Assembly (NCBI GenBank): GCA_016186915.1 | Contig: JACPKU010000006.1 | Location: forward strand, 80,921 to 144,920 | From: Candidatus Doudnabacteria bacterium | GTDB lineage: Bacteria > Patescibacteriota > Doudnabacteria > UBA920 > O2-02-FULL-48-8 | Length of the DNA: 64,000 bases | Direction of reading: 5' to 3' | Part shown: positions 1-8,890 of the stretch, piece after piece | How positions within the stretch are numbered: position 1 is the first letter of the stretch | How the letters are laid out: each line of letters starts with the position of its first letter | Made by a program: the position numbers and the translations under genes | The notes under the pieces: model-generated | What the model was told of the DNA's origin: nothing | What the model saw: only the letters and a program-made list of their open reading frames with translations | Databases searched by the model: none

Positions 1-2
1 AT

Positions 3-416
3 GATATCAAGCCAAAAGCAGAGAGCGTTGGCAGTCCTAAATCTGGCAAAAAGAAGAAGTCCAAGCTCAGGGTGCCGCGAGGCAGAATTTACGTGCAATC
101 TTCCTATAACAACACGATTATTACCATAACTGATGCCAGTGGCAACGTGATTAGTTGGGGCAGCGCCGGACACACCGGATTTAAGGGATCTAAGAAATCT
201 ACGCCGTATGCCGCCCAGAAAACTATGGAAGATGCGTTGAGCAGGGTTAAAGATATCGGCCTGCAGGAAGTGGACATTTTTGTAAAGGGTATTGGTACGG
301 GCAGAGAATCTTCAGTCAGAGCCCTGCAAAATGCTGGCTTCCACATTTTAAGCATCAAAGACCAAACTCCGATTCCTCACGGTGGAGTCAGGCCGAAGAA
401 GGCGAGGAGAGTATAG
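3..416 (+). CDS. rpsK: 30S ribosomal protein S11 (5' end lies outside the window)
   Basis: Motifs SSYNNTIITITD, GFKGSKKSTPYAAQ, TPIPHGG; frame is open back to the window edge. Confidence 0.97.
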   Translation, partial: DIKPKAESVGSPKSGKKKKSKLRVPRGRIYVQSSYNNTIITITDASGNVISWGSAGHTGFKGSKKSTPYAAQKTMEDALSRVKDIGLQEVDIFVKGIGTGRESSVRALQNAGFHILSIKDQTPIPHGGVRPKKARRV

Positions 417-419
417 GAT

Positions 420-511
420 GAAATTTCAAATCTCAAATAACAAATCCCAAATAAGTCCCAAATCACAAATTGCAAAACTGATTGTTATTTGGTGCTTGGA
501 GATTGGAGTTT
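420..511. repeat. Degenerate 7-bp tandem array (CAAATNH)n followed by its inverted complement (TTGNNAT)n
   Basis: caaatct caaataa caaatcc caaataa ... caaatca caaattg, then ttgttat ttggtgc ttggaga ttggagt. Confidence 0.8.
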
Positions 512-517
512 AACCGT

Positions 518-1126
518 ATGGCTAGATACACTGGTCCAAAAATTAGACTGTCGCGAAAATTCGGCGAGCCTCTCACCCCGAAGGCCGTCAAATATTTGGC
601 GAAACGAAATTATCGGCCTGGGATGCACGGCCAGAACCGGGCGCGGATTTCTGAATACGGAATGCAGCTTCGCGAGAAGCAAAAAGCCAAAGCCATCTAT
701 GGTATTTTGGAAAAACAGTTTCAGCGCTATTACGAAAAAGCCAGCAAAAAAGTGGGGGTGACCGGCGATTCTTTACTGCAGCTTCTGGAAACACGTTTGG
801 ATAACGCGGTGTATAGATTGGGGTTTGCGCAGACTCGAGCTCAAGCTCGGCAGTTTGTTACGCACGGTTTTTTTGAACTCAACGGGCAGAAGGTCAATAT
901 TCCGTCGCACGAGGTCAGGGTCGGCGATGAGATTAAAGTCAGAGACAGCAAGAAAAACAAACCCCTAATCAAGGGCTTGCTGCCGGTTTTGGCCAAAGCC
1001 CAGCCGCCGGACTGGCTAAGTTTGGATCATAAGAACCTGACTGCGAAAGTTCTATCACTGCCTTCCCGGGAACAGATGGAAAGTACCATCAACACACAAT
1101 TGGTTGTGGAATATTATTCACGATAA
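518..1126 (+). CDS. rpsD: 30S ribosomal protein S4
   Basis: MARYTGPK start (ATG 518), PGMHG, QLREKQK, LETRLDN, C-terminal VEYYSR. Confidence 0.98.
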   Translation: MARYTGPKIRLSRKFGEPLTPKAVKYLAKRNYRPGMHGQNRARISEYGMQLREKQKAKAIYGILEKQFQRYYEKASKKVGVTGDSLLQLLETRLDNAVYRLGFAQTRAQARQFVTHGFFELNGQKVNIPSHEVRVGDEIKVRDSKKNKPLIKGLLPVLAKAQPPDWLSLDHKNLTAKVLSLPSREQMESTINTQLVVEYYSR

Positions 1127-1145
1127 TTAACCAAGCACTAATTTT

Positions 1146-2090
1146 ATGGACAAAATACCAGTTCCAAGCAAAGTTCAGTTCACGGATTTGGATAAAAATA
1201 AATTTCAGATCGTGGTGGAGCCGCTTTATCCCGGCTACGGTGTAACTTTGGGCAACACTTTGCGCCGAATTCTGCTTTCGTCGCTGCGGGGCGCGGCGGT
1301 GACAGCGGTTAAGATAAAAGGCGTAGATCATGAATTTTCCACCATTCCAAACGTGAAAGAGGATGTGATTGAGATTATTTTGAATCTGAAACAGTTGTGC
1401 CTTAAGGTTCACACTGACGAACCTGTTAAACTGGAACTGAAAGCTAAGGGCGGAAAAGAGGTCAGGGCTTCTGATTTCAAAAAGAACGCCGGGGTGGAGA
1501 TTGTCAATCCGGATTTGCACCTTGCCACTCTGGACAACAAGTCGGCGGATTTGGAGATGGAAGTGACTGTGGCCACCGGACGCGGTTATGTCCCGGTGGA
1601 ACAGAGGGAAAATGAAAAATTGGACATTGGAACGATTGCCGTGGACGCGGTTTACACCCCGGTTAAAATGGTGAATTACGAGATCAAAAATGTTCGTGTG
1701 GGGCAAATCACCAACTTTGATGAGCTGGTAATGACTTTAGAAACCGACGGCACGATAACCGGCAAGGAAGCGCTGGACGAAGCGGCCCGGATTTTATTGG
1801 AACATTTTTCGCTATTCGCCAAAGAGAAGTTGGAAGAGAGCATTGAAGATACCGCAGAACTTGCACCTGCGGCAGTGGAAGCCGTAGCAGAAGCAGAAGA
1901 GGGAAACGAGCCAGTCGAGGGCGACGATCTGAAGAGTTTGGGGCTATCCAACAGATCTTTCAACGCATTGATAAAAAATAATATCAGCAAGATTTCTCAA
2001 CTGAAAAATCTTGACCACGAACAACTTGTCAATCTCGAAGGACTGGGCAGTAAATCAGTGGAAGAGATAGAGCGGGTGCTCAACCAATAA
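1146..2090 (+). CDS. rpoA: RNA polymerase subunit alpha
   Basis: EPLYPGYGVTLGNTLRRILLSS, HEFSTIPNVKEDV, alpha-CTD LSNRSFNAL...GLGSKS; operon context. Confidence 0.98.
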   Translation: MDKIPVPSKVQFTDLDKNKFQIVVEPLYPGYGVTLGNTLRRILLSSLRGAAVTAVKIKGVDHEFSTIPNVKEDVIEIILNLKQLCLKVHTDEPVKLELKAKGGKEVRASDFKKNAGVEIVNPDLHLATLDNKSADLEMEVTVATGRGYVPVEQRENEKLDIGTIAVDAVYTPVKMVNYEIKNVRVGQITNFDELVMTLETDGTITGKEALDEAARILLEHFSLFAKEKLEESIEDTAELAPAAVEAVAEAEEGNEPVEGDDLKSLGLSNRSFNALIKNNISKISQLKNLDHEQLVNLEGLGSKSVEEIERVLNQ

Positions 2091-2100
2091 TTAACTATTT

Positions 2101-2442
2101 ATGCGACATTTGAAGAAGAAAAAAATCGGCAAGGGCAAGGATCACAAAAGAAAGCTTCTTCGAAGTTTGGCTGCTTCCACTATTGTTTATGAAAAGATTC
2201 AGACAACGGAAGCGCGCGCCAAACACGCTCGCCAGCTTGTCGAAAAATTAATTACCAAGGGTAAAAAAGAGGATTTGCATAATAAGAGACAGATTTTTTC
2301 AGCGCTTCCCACCAATGCCGCCAAGAAAGTAATTGAAGTTTTGGGGACGCGATACAAGGAACGAAAAGGCGGCTACACAAGGATTGTCAGAATCGGAAAA
2401 TACAAAGACGGCATGCCCAAAGTCCAATTGGAACTGGTATAG
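2101..2442 (+). CDS. rplQ: 50S ribosomal protein L17
   Basis: MRH start, IQTTEARAK, ERKGGYTRI; follows rpoA. Confidence 0.96.
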   Translation: MRHLKKKKIGKGKDHKRKLLRSLAASTIVYEKIQTTEARAKHARQLVEKLITKGKKEDLHNKRQIFSALPTNAAKKVIEVLGTRYKERKGGYTRIVRIGKYKDGMPKVQLELV

Positions 2443-2446
2443 ATTT

Positions 2447-2866
2447 ATGAAAACCTATCTCCCAAAAGTTAAAGAAATTAAAAGAAGCTGGTATGAAGCG
2501 GACGCCAGCAAGTTTACGCTGGGCCGGTTGGCTTCAAAAGTGGCCAGTATTTTACGCGGCAAGCACAAAGTGACTTTTACTCCGCATATGGACGTAGGCG
2601 ACTTTGTGGTTGTTAAAAACGCCGAAAAAATCATGGTCACCGGCAGGAAATTGGAGCAAAAGAAATACCATACTTTTTCCGGCTATCACGGCGGGATCAG
2701 GAGTAAAACTTTGAAAGAAAGACTGGAAAGAGAACCAGAAAAAGTAATTCGCGATACGGTTTATAATATGGTAGATGCCAACAGGCTGAGAAAAGCTATT
2801 TTGAGAAGGCTGAAAGTGGTCAAAGGCGATACTCACCAATTTCAGATTGACAAGGAGATAAGTTGA
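2447..2866 (+). CDS. rplM: 50S ribosomal protein L13
   Basis: LGRLAS..A..LRGKHK.TFTPHMDVGDFVVV; ATG at 2447. Confidence 0.97.
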   Translation: MKTYLPKVKEIKRSWYEADASKFTLGRLASKVASILRGKHKVTFTPHMDVGDFVVVKNAEKIMVTGRKLEQKKYHTFSGYHGGIRSKTLKERLEREPEKVIRDTVYNMVDANRLRKAILRRLKVVKGDTHQFQIDKEIS

Positions 2867-3369
2867 TGGAAAAACGTCAGACGACTGAAAAGAAAGCAGT
2901 CAAAAAGCCAGCCCGCCGGCCGGCCAGAAAGAAGGCCGAAAGCCCGGCCAAACCAAAAGCAGTAGAAACCAAGCCTGCTTCGGAGAAGCCAATGTATGCG
3001 GTAGGCAAACGCAAATCTGCGGTTGCTCAGATTTTATTGTCCTCGGGCAATGGCAAGATTTCGGTTAACGAGCTGCCTTTTGAAAATTATTTCGAAACCC
3101 CAGATTTAAGGCATGTGGCGACCCAGCCTTTGGTGGCGATTGGGGTGGAAAAGAACGTAGACATCAGAGGCAAGGTTCACGGCGGGGGAATTCATGCACA
3201 GGCAGAGAGCTTGCGCCACGCCATTGCCAGGGCTTTGATCATCAGAGATCCAGAGTCTAGGCGCACCTTGAAAAAACTTGGATTCCTAACTCGGGACCCA
3301 AGAGTTAAAGAGCGAAAGAAACCAGGGTTAAAGAGAGCCCGACGCGCGCCACAGTTTAGTAAGAGGTAA
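2866..3369 (+). CDS. rpsI: 30S ribosomal protein S9 with basic N-terminal extension
   Basis: GKRKSAVA, HGGG, LTRDPRVKERKKPGLKRARRAPQFSKR. Confidence 0.98.
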   Translation: MEKRQTTEKKAVKKPARRPARKKAESPAKPKAVETKPASEKPMYAVGKRKSAVAQILLSSGNGKISVNELPFENYFETPDLRHVATQPLVAIGVEKNVDIRGKVHGGGIHAQAESLRHAIARALIIRDPESRRTLKKLGFLTRDPRVKERKKPGLKRARRAPQFSKR

Positions 3370-3387
3370 CATATATTTGAGTTCGGC

Positions 3388-3485
3388 ACTGTCTGCAAAC
3401 TATCGGCTGTCGTCCCGTGGAACGCGGACGCAGCCTACTTTCTCGGCCGGATAAACCGGCCTGCGAAGGTTAGTTTGCAGCCAGT
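3388..3485. mobile_element. MITE/REP-like element with terminal inverted repeats
   Basis: ACTGTCTGCAAACTA ... TAGTTTGCAGCCAGT ends; internal TCTCGGCC...GGCCTGCGA hairpin shared with 32240-32360. Confidence 0.6.
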
Positions 3486-3578
3486 CCCTCACTTTATTTG
3501 CTGGCTCGTCTGGGAGGAAAGAAAAGGAAGGAGCTCTTTGGCTCTTTTTTGTTTTAGTAAAAAAGAACCGTCTTAGCG

Positions 3579-3788
3579 CTAGCTTAGACGGTTCGTAGTG
3601 AAGTGAAGGACGAGACGCGTAGCGGCAAAACCGATCAGGCCGCCGATCAAGGTCCAGGCGACCTGTCCCGTTTCAGCCTGCTCATTGATCAATGCCGCTT
3701 GGTAACCAGCGAGCGCGGTTAGAAGAACAACGGCCACGCACATGCCTCTGACAATGCGTCTGGCGATCACGTCTTCCTTTGATGTCAT
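3579..3788 (-). CDS. Small two-TM membrane protein, hypothetical
   Basis: Two hydrophobic segments; GAGGAGG SD upstream; GC-rich. Confidence 0.6.
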   Translation of the reverse strand: MTSKEDVIARRIVRGMCVAVVLLTALAGYQAALINEQAETGQVAWTLIGGLIGFAATRLVLHFTTNRLS

Positions 3789-3804
3789 AGGGATCCTCCT
3801 CGCT

Positions 3805-4194
3805 TCAATCCCGGAAAATCCGTTCCGAAATCAGGTAACTGGCGGTGGTTAGGATGGCAGTCACGATTAGCTGAGCCGCCATATACCAGAGATTGACGAG
3901 CTCGACCAGTAACCACAGTAGCGCCAGATTGGCGCCAAAGAGTGTGCCTTTGAGAACGGCGAAGGCGTTGACCTGCCGATGAACGTGCGTCATCGCGTGG
4001 TTCTGGAATGCCCAGAATTTTAGCGTAAAGAAGTTGCAGGTCTGATTGGCGAGCGCCGCAATCGTGGCCGAAGCCAAGTACCAGAATCCTGCGTGTTCCG
4101 TCAGTACGTAAAGCAGAACGTAGTAAAGGAGGACACCCAGCCCTCCCGCCAGCATGAACCGCAGGATCTGCTTCCATGGGAGCGAAAAGAGCAT
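3805..4194 (-). CDS. GtrA family membrane protein
   Basis: RFMLAGG start, four TM helices, NF..K.WAF and SY..SERIF motifs; AAGGAGG SD. Confidence 0.85.
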   Translation of the reverse strand: MLFSLPWKQILRFMLAGGLGVLLYYVLLYVLTEHAGFWYLASATIAALANQTCNFFTLKFWAFQNHAMTHVHRQVNAFAVLKGTLFGANLALLWLLVELVNLWYMAAQLIVTAILTTASYLISERIFRD

Positions 4195-4339
4195 TAGTTT
4201 TCCTCCTTGAACTCGTTAGGCAATGATATCATTTACTTTTGGTCCTGGCAAAAAGTTGTAACAACCTTGATCTGCGGATTTGACATTATTTAAATCGAGA
4301 GTTAGGTTTAAATCAGAAATTAATTTGAAAGGAAACAAA

Positions 4340-5458
4340 ATGCCATTAAACAAAGCAATAATAGCTCGAATTTGCGTTTTAGCTCTAATTTTTGGGATAG
4401 TCTCTGCTGCTCAACCAGCGCAGGCGGCGCACATTGCCTGCGGAGAGATCCTCACCAGCTCTACCAAATTGGATGCGGACTTGGTTTGTCTTTTTGGCAG
4501 CGGGCTAATTATTGGGGCGAACGGCGTCAGCGTTAATCTTAATGGTTATACAATTACTGGCGATCCGTCGGTTGGAGGCAGTTACGGGATAGATAACACT
4601 GGCGGATTTGACAACGTTACCGTCAAAAACGGCAAGATTGTAGGCTTTGAACAAGGAATCAGAATGATTGGTGCTGAAAAAGTAAACATTAAAGATCTGG
4701 AATTCTCCGGACAGACATCCAGTCATGCTATCGATATTAAGCTCAGTGAGGACGTGGCAGTGAAAAATTCATCCTTTGTCCTGCCGACTGTTTTTCTAGG
4801 ACCCGAGGCAGTGCGTTTGCAAAGCGTGGATAATGTAAACATTAAAGACCTGGATATTGACGGCGGTTTTATTGGGATTAATTTTGCCTGCTTTCCTTGT
4901 GATGGCACTCCAGAAGCGCCAACCACTGGGACGGTAAAAAACAATTTGATCAAAGGCGCGTTTACCGGAGTCCTGATTGCCAACAGCGATGATGCGTATG
5001 TTAAAAATAACACTATCCGAGATGGAGTCTCTGTAGTTTGCGGTTTTTGTGGTCCATTGACCATCCCAGCCAGAGGAATACACGTGGCGTTCCTTTCCAA
5101 CAGCGGTACAAAGATTTCGGGCAACGAAGTGTTTGACAATGACGGGATCGGCATCAGAGCCTCGGGTGACGGGACGACCACTGGTTTGGAAGTTTCTAAA
5201 AACGAGGTTCATGACAACGCTTCCGACGGCATCCAATTGCACGACGCGCAGGTTTCCAAGATTGCCAAAAACGAGGTCAAGGATAATGGGGGAGACGGGA
5301 TTAGTTTGCTGGATGGTTCCGCTGGGAACAGTGTTGAAAAAAACGTGGTCAGCGGTAGTGGGGGGTCGGACTTGCTTCATGATCTCACAAGCTCTCCCAA
5401 TACTTGGAAGAAAAATACTTGTGGCACTTCATCCGGTGCCGATATTCCGCCGTGTTAG
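4340..5458 (+). CDS. Secreted right-handed parallel beta-helix repeat protein
   Basis: Signal peptide ending AQA, ACG..L.....L..DL.C cap, LNGYTITG, repeated N.V.DN..DGI units. Confidence 0.85.
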   Translation: MPLNKAIIARICVLALIFGIVSAAQPAQAAHIACGEILTSSTKLDADLVCLFGSGLIIGANGVSVNLNGYTITGDPSVGGSYGIDNTGGFDNVTVKNGKIVGFEQGIRMIGAEKVNIKDLEFSGQTSSHAIDIKLSEDVAVKNSSFVLPTVFLGPEAVRLQSVDNVNIKDLDIDGGFIGINFACFPCDGTPEAPTTGTVKNNLIKGAFTGVLIANSDDAYVKNNTIRDGVSVVCGFCGPLTIPARGIHVAFLSNSGTKISGNEVFDNDGIGIRASGDGTTTGLEVSKNEVHDNASDGIQLHDAQVSKIAKNEVKDNGGDGISLLDGSAGNSVEKNVVSGSGGSDLLHDLTSSPNTWKKNTCGTSSGADIPPC

Positions 5459-5490
5459 TCTGGAGACCTAGAGATAATGTAGTTTAAATT

Positions 5491-5523
5491 AAAAAAAGCC
5501 CCGCACCTCGCGGGGTTTTTTTT
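5491..5523. terminator. Intrinsic terminator, bidirectional shape
   Basis: A7-GCCCCGC-acctc-GCGGGG-T8. Confidence 0.8.
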
Positions 5524-5610
5524 AGCAAGTAAAATATATCACGTAAATATATCACGTTGTGTCCGGTCAGCATATTTGTGATTTTGGACAGAATAACAGC
5601 ACGGGAGTAA

Positions 5611-5646
5611 GTTGACCAAAAAAAGCGATCGCTTTTTTTGGTCAAC
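5611..5646. repeat. Perfect 36-bp palindrome centred on CGATCG
   Basis: GTTGACCAAAAAAAGCGA|TCGCTTTTTTTGGTCAAC. Confidence 0.9.
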
Positions 5647-5779
5647 GAGGGGTTTCGACACTGTTGCGAACGCTGTTTGTGCGACGGCTGTTTGCGCGAC
5701 GCTGTCTGTTGATTTTGTGGTTTGGTTGTGGTATAATGTATATATAAATTTCGCGAGGAAGAAATAAACAAGAGTTTGA

Positions 5780-5858
5780 CTCGATTGACCCTTTGACCCG
5801 CCTGCCAGACCGGCAGGCTAGCTCAGAGATCAATTGTTGTCTGAGCGGAGTCGAAGAC
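5780..5858. repeat. Nested REP-like palindromes
   Basis: CCTGCC..GGCAGG hairpin inside a CCCTTTGAC..GCTCAG / CTGAGCGGAGTCGAAG unit; related TCGACAAGCTC units near 8540 and 24657. Confidence 0.5.
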
Positions 5859-5931
5859 TAAAATAGTATTTTTTTGACAATTTGATTAGGATTTCATAAA
5901 CTACAACCCCATTTAAAATAGGCTTATCCAC

Positions 5932-7935
5932 ATGTTTAAACAACTGCAATTTATCCTAATTTTTACAATGGTTTTGTCAGTGGCAGCTCCAGCGGCTGCA
6001 GCGCCTTTAGATATTTTTGGCAATAATGGAACAGAAATATTGGTTAAACTGAAAGATTCCACTGAAAGCAGTTTAGAGTCTGTTTTGGCTCGACACCAAG
6101 TGGCCGGTTTACGCAGTCATTTGCGCGGAATCAGGGCCTTGAGTTTTTCGTCTTCGGTTAATTTAAGCGCCAAACTAGCGGCGCTTAACGCCGATCCAGA
6201 CGTAGAGTTTGCCGAACCGAATTACACGGCTCATGCTTATTCCCTGCCTAATGATCAGTATTTTAATTATCAATGGAACATGGGTACAGCCGGCCTGAAT
6301 ATGCCTGAAGTTTGGAATCAGGCCACAGGCTTGGGCGCGGTGGTGGCAGTGATTGACACCGGGGTGGCCTATGAAAACTACCGCAGTTTTATCAAAGCTT
6401 CAGATTTCGAAAATACCAGATTTGTTCCCGGATATAATTTTGTCCGAAACTTCAGTCATGCCAATGACGATAATGGCCACGGCACGCATGTAGCAGGGAC
6501 AATTGCCCAAAGTACTAACAACGGCACAGGAGTGGCCGGAATGGCTTATAACGCCCAAATTATGCCTCTCAAGGCCCTAGATTCAGCAGGTTCCGGCAAA
6601 TATTCCGATATAGCCGATGCTATAGTTTGGGCCGCTGACCGCGGAGCAAATATCATCAACCTCAGTCTTGGCGGGCCTTATCCATCAGAAACAATGCGTC
6701 AGGCTTTGGAATATGCGAAATCAAAAGGGGTTTTGATTGTGGCGGCCACAGGAAATGACGGGGCCAAATCTGTGGGCTACCCAGCGGCTTATGATGATTA
6801 TGTTTTGGCAGTGGGCGCAACCAGATACGACAAGACAGTTACAGCTTACAGCAACCAAGGCCAAGCCTTGGACGTAGTAGCCCCCGGCGGGGATACGAAG
6901 GTGGATCAGGATGGCAATGGCTATGGGGACGGGATTTTACAGCAGACGTTTACCTCGGGTCCCAAAAATATGGGATATTTCTTTTTCCAAGGCACGTCCA
7001 TGGCCACCCCGCACGTGGCAGGATTAGCAGCCCTACTAGTTGAAAAGGGGATTACTAATCCAGATGAATTGCAAAACATAATCCAGGCTTCAGCTGACAA
7101 TTTATATACTTCAGGCTGGGATTCTGCTTCTGGTTGGGGACTTATTAATCCGCTCAAGGCGTTGGAGTTAGCAGTGGAAAACCAAGCAGAAACCATTCCG
7201 GACCCTGATCCGGAATCTGATTCTGGGGAAGATCCTGCATCAAGTGCGGGATGGGAAGAGGAACCTCAAGTGTCAGAACCTGAGCAACAGCCTGAACCTA
7301 ACAAAAAACCTGTTGCTAAATTTAATAGTCAATCAGAGGGGTTGATAGGCGAAGCCATAAATTTTGACGCCTCTGCTTCCACAGACGAGGACGGCAGTAT
7401 TACCAATTTTGCCTGGGATTTTGGGGACGGCTCATCTGCCAGCGGTGCGAAAATAAGCCATAGTTATTCAAAATCCGGCACATATCTCGCAACTCTTACA
7501 GTTACTGACAATGCCCAGGATTCAGCCAGTTTTTCCGCGAATATCAAAATTCTAGAGCCAGAGCAGAAGAAATTTATGCATGTGTCAAGTATTGATCTGG
7601 CTGCCCGGGGCAGTTTTCTTAGAATCAGCGCCAGCGCTACTGTCAAAATCACTGATTCACAAGGAAAACCAGTAAGAAATGCCACGGTTTCAGGGCAATG
7701 GGATGGCTTATCCAGCGGCTCCCAAACTCTCAACACCAACTCCAGAGGCGAAGCAACTTTTTCTTCAGACCGGATTTGGCGCCAATCAGGAGAATTTATA
7801 TTTTCTGTCAAATCAGTGAGCCACGAAGAGTATGAATATAATCCACAAAACAACGAAAAGTCGCGGGAATCAGTGCAGATCGGCAGTTCCAGATCATTCT
7901 CGCTCAGCGACAAAGTTCGCGGACTTATGAACTAA
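5932..7935 (+). CDS. Secreted S8 (subtilisin-family) serine peptidase with PKD domain
   Basis: Triad motifs VAVIDTG, HGTHVAGT, GTSMATPHVAG; PKD WDFGDG; signal peptide. Confidence 0.95.
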   Translation: MFKQLQFILIFTMVLSVAAPAAAAPLDIFGNNGTEILVKLKDSTESSLESVLARHQVAGLRSHLRGIRALSFSSSVNLSAKLAALNADPDVEFAEPNYTAHAYSLPNDQYFNYQWNMGTAGLNMPEVWNQATGLGAVVAVIDTGVAYENYRSFIKASDFENTRFVPGYNFVRNFSHANDDNGHGTHVAGTIAQSTNNGTGVAGMAYNAQIMPLKALDSAGSGKYSDIADAIVWAADRGANIINLSLGGPYPSETMRQALEYAKSKGVLIVAATGNDGAKSVGYPAAYDDYVLAVGATRYDKTVTAYSNQGQALDVVAPGGDTKVDQDGNGYGDGILQQTFTSGPKNMGYFFFQGTSMATPHVAGLAALLVEKGITNPDELQNIIQASADNLYTSGWDSASGWGLINPLKALELAVENQAETIPDPDPESDSGEDPASSAGWEEEPQVSEPEQQPEPNKKPVAKFNSQSEGLIGEAINFDASASTDEDGSITNFAWDFGDGSSASGAKISHSYSKSGTYLATLTVTDNAQDSASFSANIKILEPEQKKFMHVSSIDLAARGSFLRISASATVKITDSQGKPVRNATVSGQWDGLSSGSQTLNTNSRGEATFSSDRIWRQSGEFIFSVKSVSHEEYEYNPQNNEKSRESVQIGSSRSFSLSDKVRGLMN

Positions 7936-8120
7936 ACTTCAACAGTTTATCCACAAATTATTAACTTCTCAAATCAAATTCTTAGAAAAACAAAAGAAAA
8001 CAAAGACTTTACAAGAAAATTAATTCAGGATATGGTTTTTTAGCGAACCGATATTTGTTTCAGCTGGCTTGTGGAAATCTAAACTAACCTTTAAGATAAA
8101 CTTCAAAGAAACACCATAAT

Positions 8121-8510
8121 ATGGCTGAAGAAAAGATGACAAATTGCCCGAAATGCGGGAAACCCATACTCAACGGCGGTTTGTTTACTTCTCCGGCCAA
8201 GTTCAACATCAAGTGCCCCTGGTGCCAAGCCACGCTGCAGATCAATATTCAGCCCAGAATCGTTACCGAAGTGATAAAGCTAGGCAATGGTGAAACCCCA
8301 AAAAATGGCGATCCGGTCAGACATGTGGTAAGATCAGAAAAGGCAGAATCAGGAGAAGATGTTGACGATATTTTTACAGGGTTATATTCTATGCAAGAAC
8401 CTATGCAGAAGAAAGAAGAACATCTTAAACCAGGAATACCCTACAAACTGAACGGAAAAGGAATTAAGTTTGTTGGGTACTTGTACCCAGACGATAGGGA
8501 ATCAGGGTAG
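8121..8510 (+). CDS. Zinc-ribbon protein resembling the Mu Com family at the N-terminus
   Basis: CPKCGKPIL-x13-IKCPWC resembles the CxxCxKLL...IxCPRC arrangement of Com; low-complexity C-terminus. Confidence 0.6.
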   Translation: MAEEKMTNCPKCGKPILNGGLFTSPAKFNIKCPWCQATLQINIQPRIVTEVIKLGNGETPKNGDPVRHVVRSEKAESGEDVDDIFTGLYSMQEPMQKKEEHLKPGIPYKLNGKGIKFVGYLYPDDRESG

Positions 8511-8572
8511 TTAATATTTTTAAAAATTGTATTTTCCCCTCGACAAGCTCGGGGTGAATATACACATACGAA

Positions 8573-8660
8573 GCGGACTACGTGTGCCGCGGGACTACGA
8601 GAGCCCACCTTTGCTAGAAGAACTTTTCAGTTTTTCTATGAAGGTGGGCTCTCGTTTTTT
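8573..8660 (+). promoter_or_regulatory. Tandem hairpins overlapping an intrinsic terminator (putative antitermination leader)
   Basis: GGACTACGTGTGCC and GGACTACGAGAGCC in tandem; 15-bp stem 8597-8611/8641-8655 plus T-tract. Confidence 0.7.
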
Positions 8661-8793
8661 ACAGGAATTACGTCTGAGCATCTGCCACATTCGTGGTCTG
8701 TCTAATACGAATCGCTGGCTGTTCTTTTCTCGTTCGTGGATTGATACGAATGATGCGAATGACCTAATTTTTGGGCAAGCGATAAAAACGGAT

Positions 8794-8853
8794 CCGGTAG
8801 TGAAATTTAATATGAAATTTACAGCCGCAGGCTGATTAAATTTCTACTACCGG
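8794..8853 (-). mobile_element. Short inverted copy of the CC(N)GGTAGTAGAA...TTTCACTACC(N)GG element
   Basis: Reverse complement reads CCGGTAGTAGAAATTTAAT...ATTAAATTTCACTACCGG, the same ends as elements at 34623 and 41129. Confidence 0.6.
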
Positions 8854-8890
8854 GAAAGGTCGGTCCTAATTAAGAACTAGGAGAAAATAT

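Noticed and set aside
7940-8100. Replication origin
   Set aside because: Only one perfect DnaA box and one partial; no dnaA/dnaN or box cluster nearby
8527-8835. 102-aa ORF
   Set aside because: Overlaps the hairpin/terminator leader and repeat elements, weak TTG start, no protein-like features
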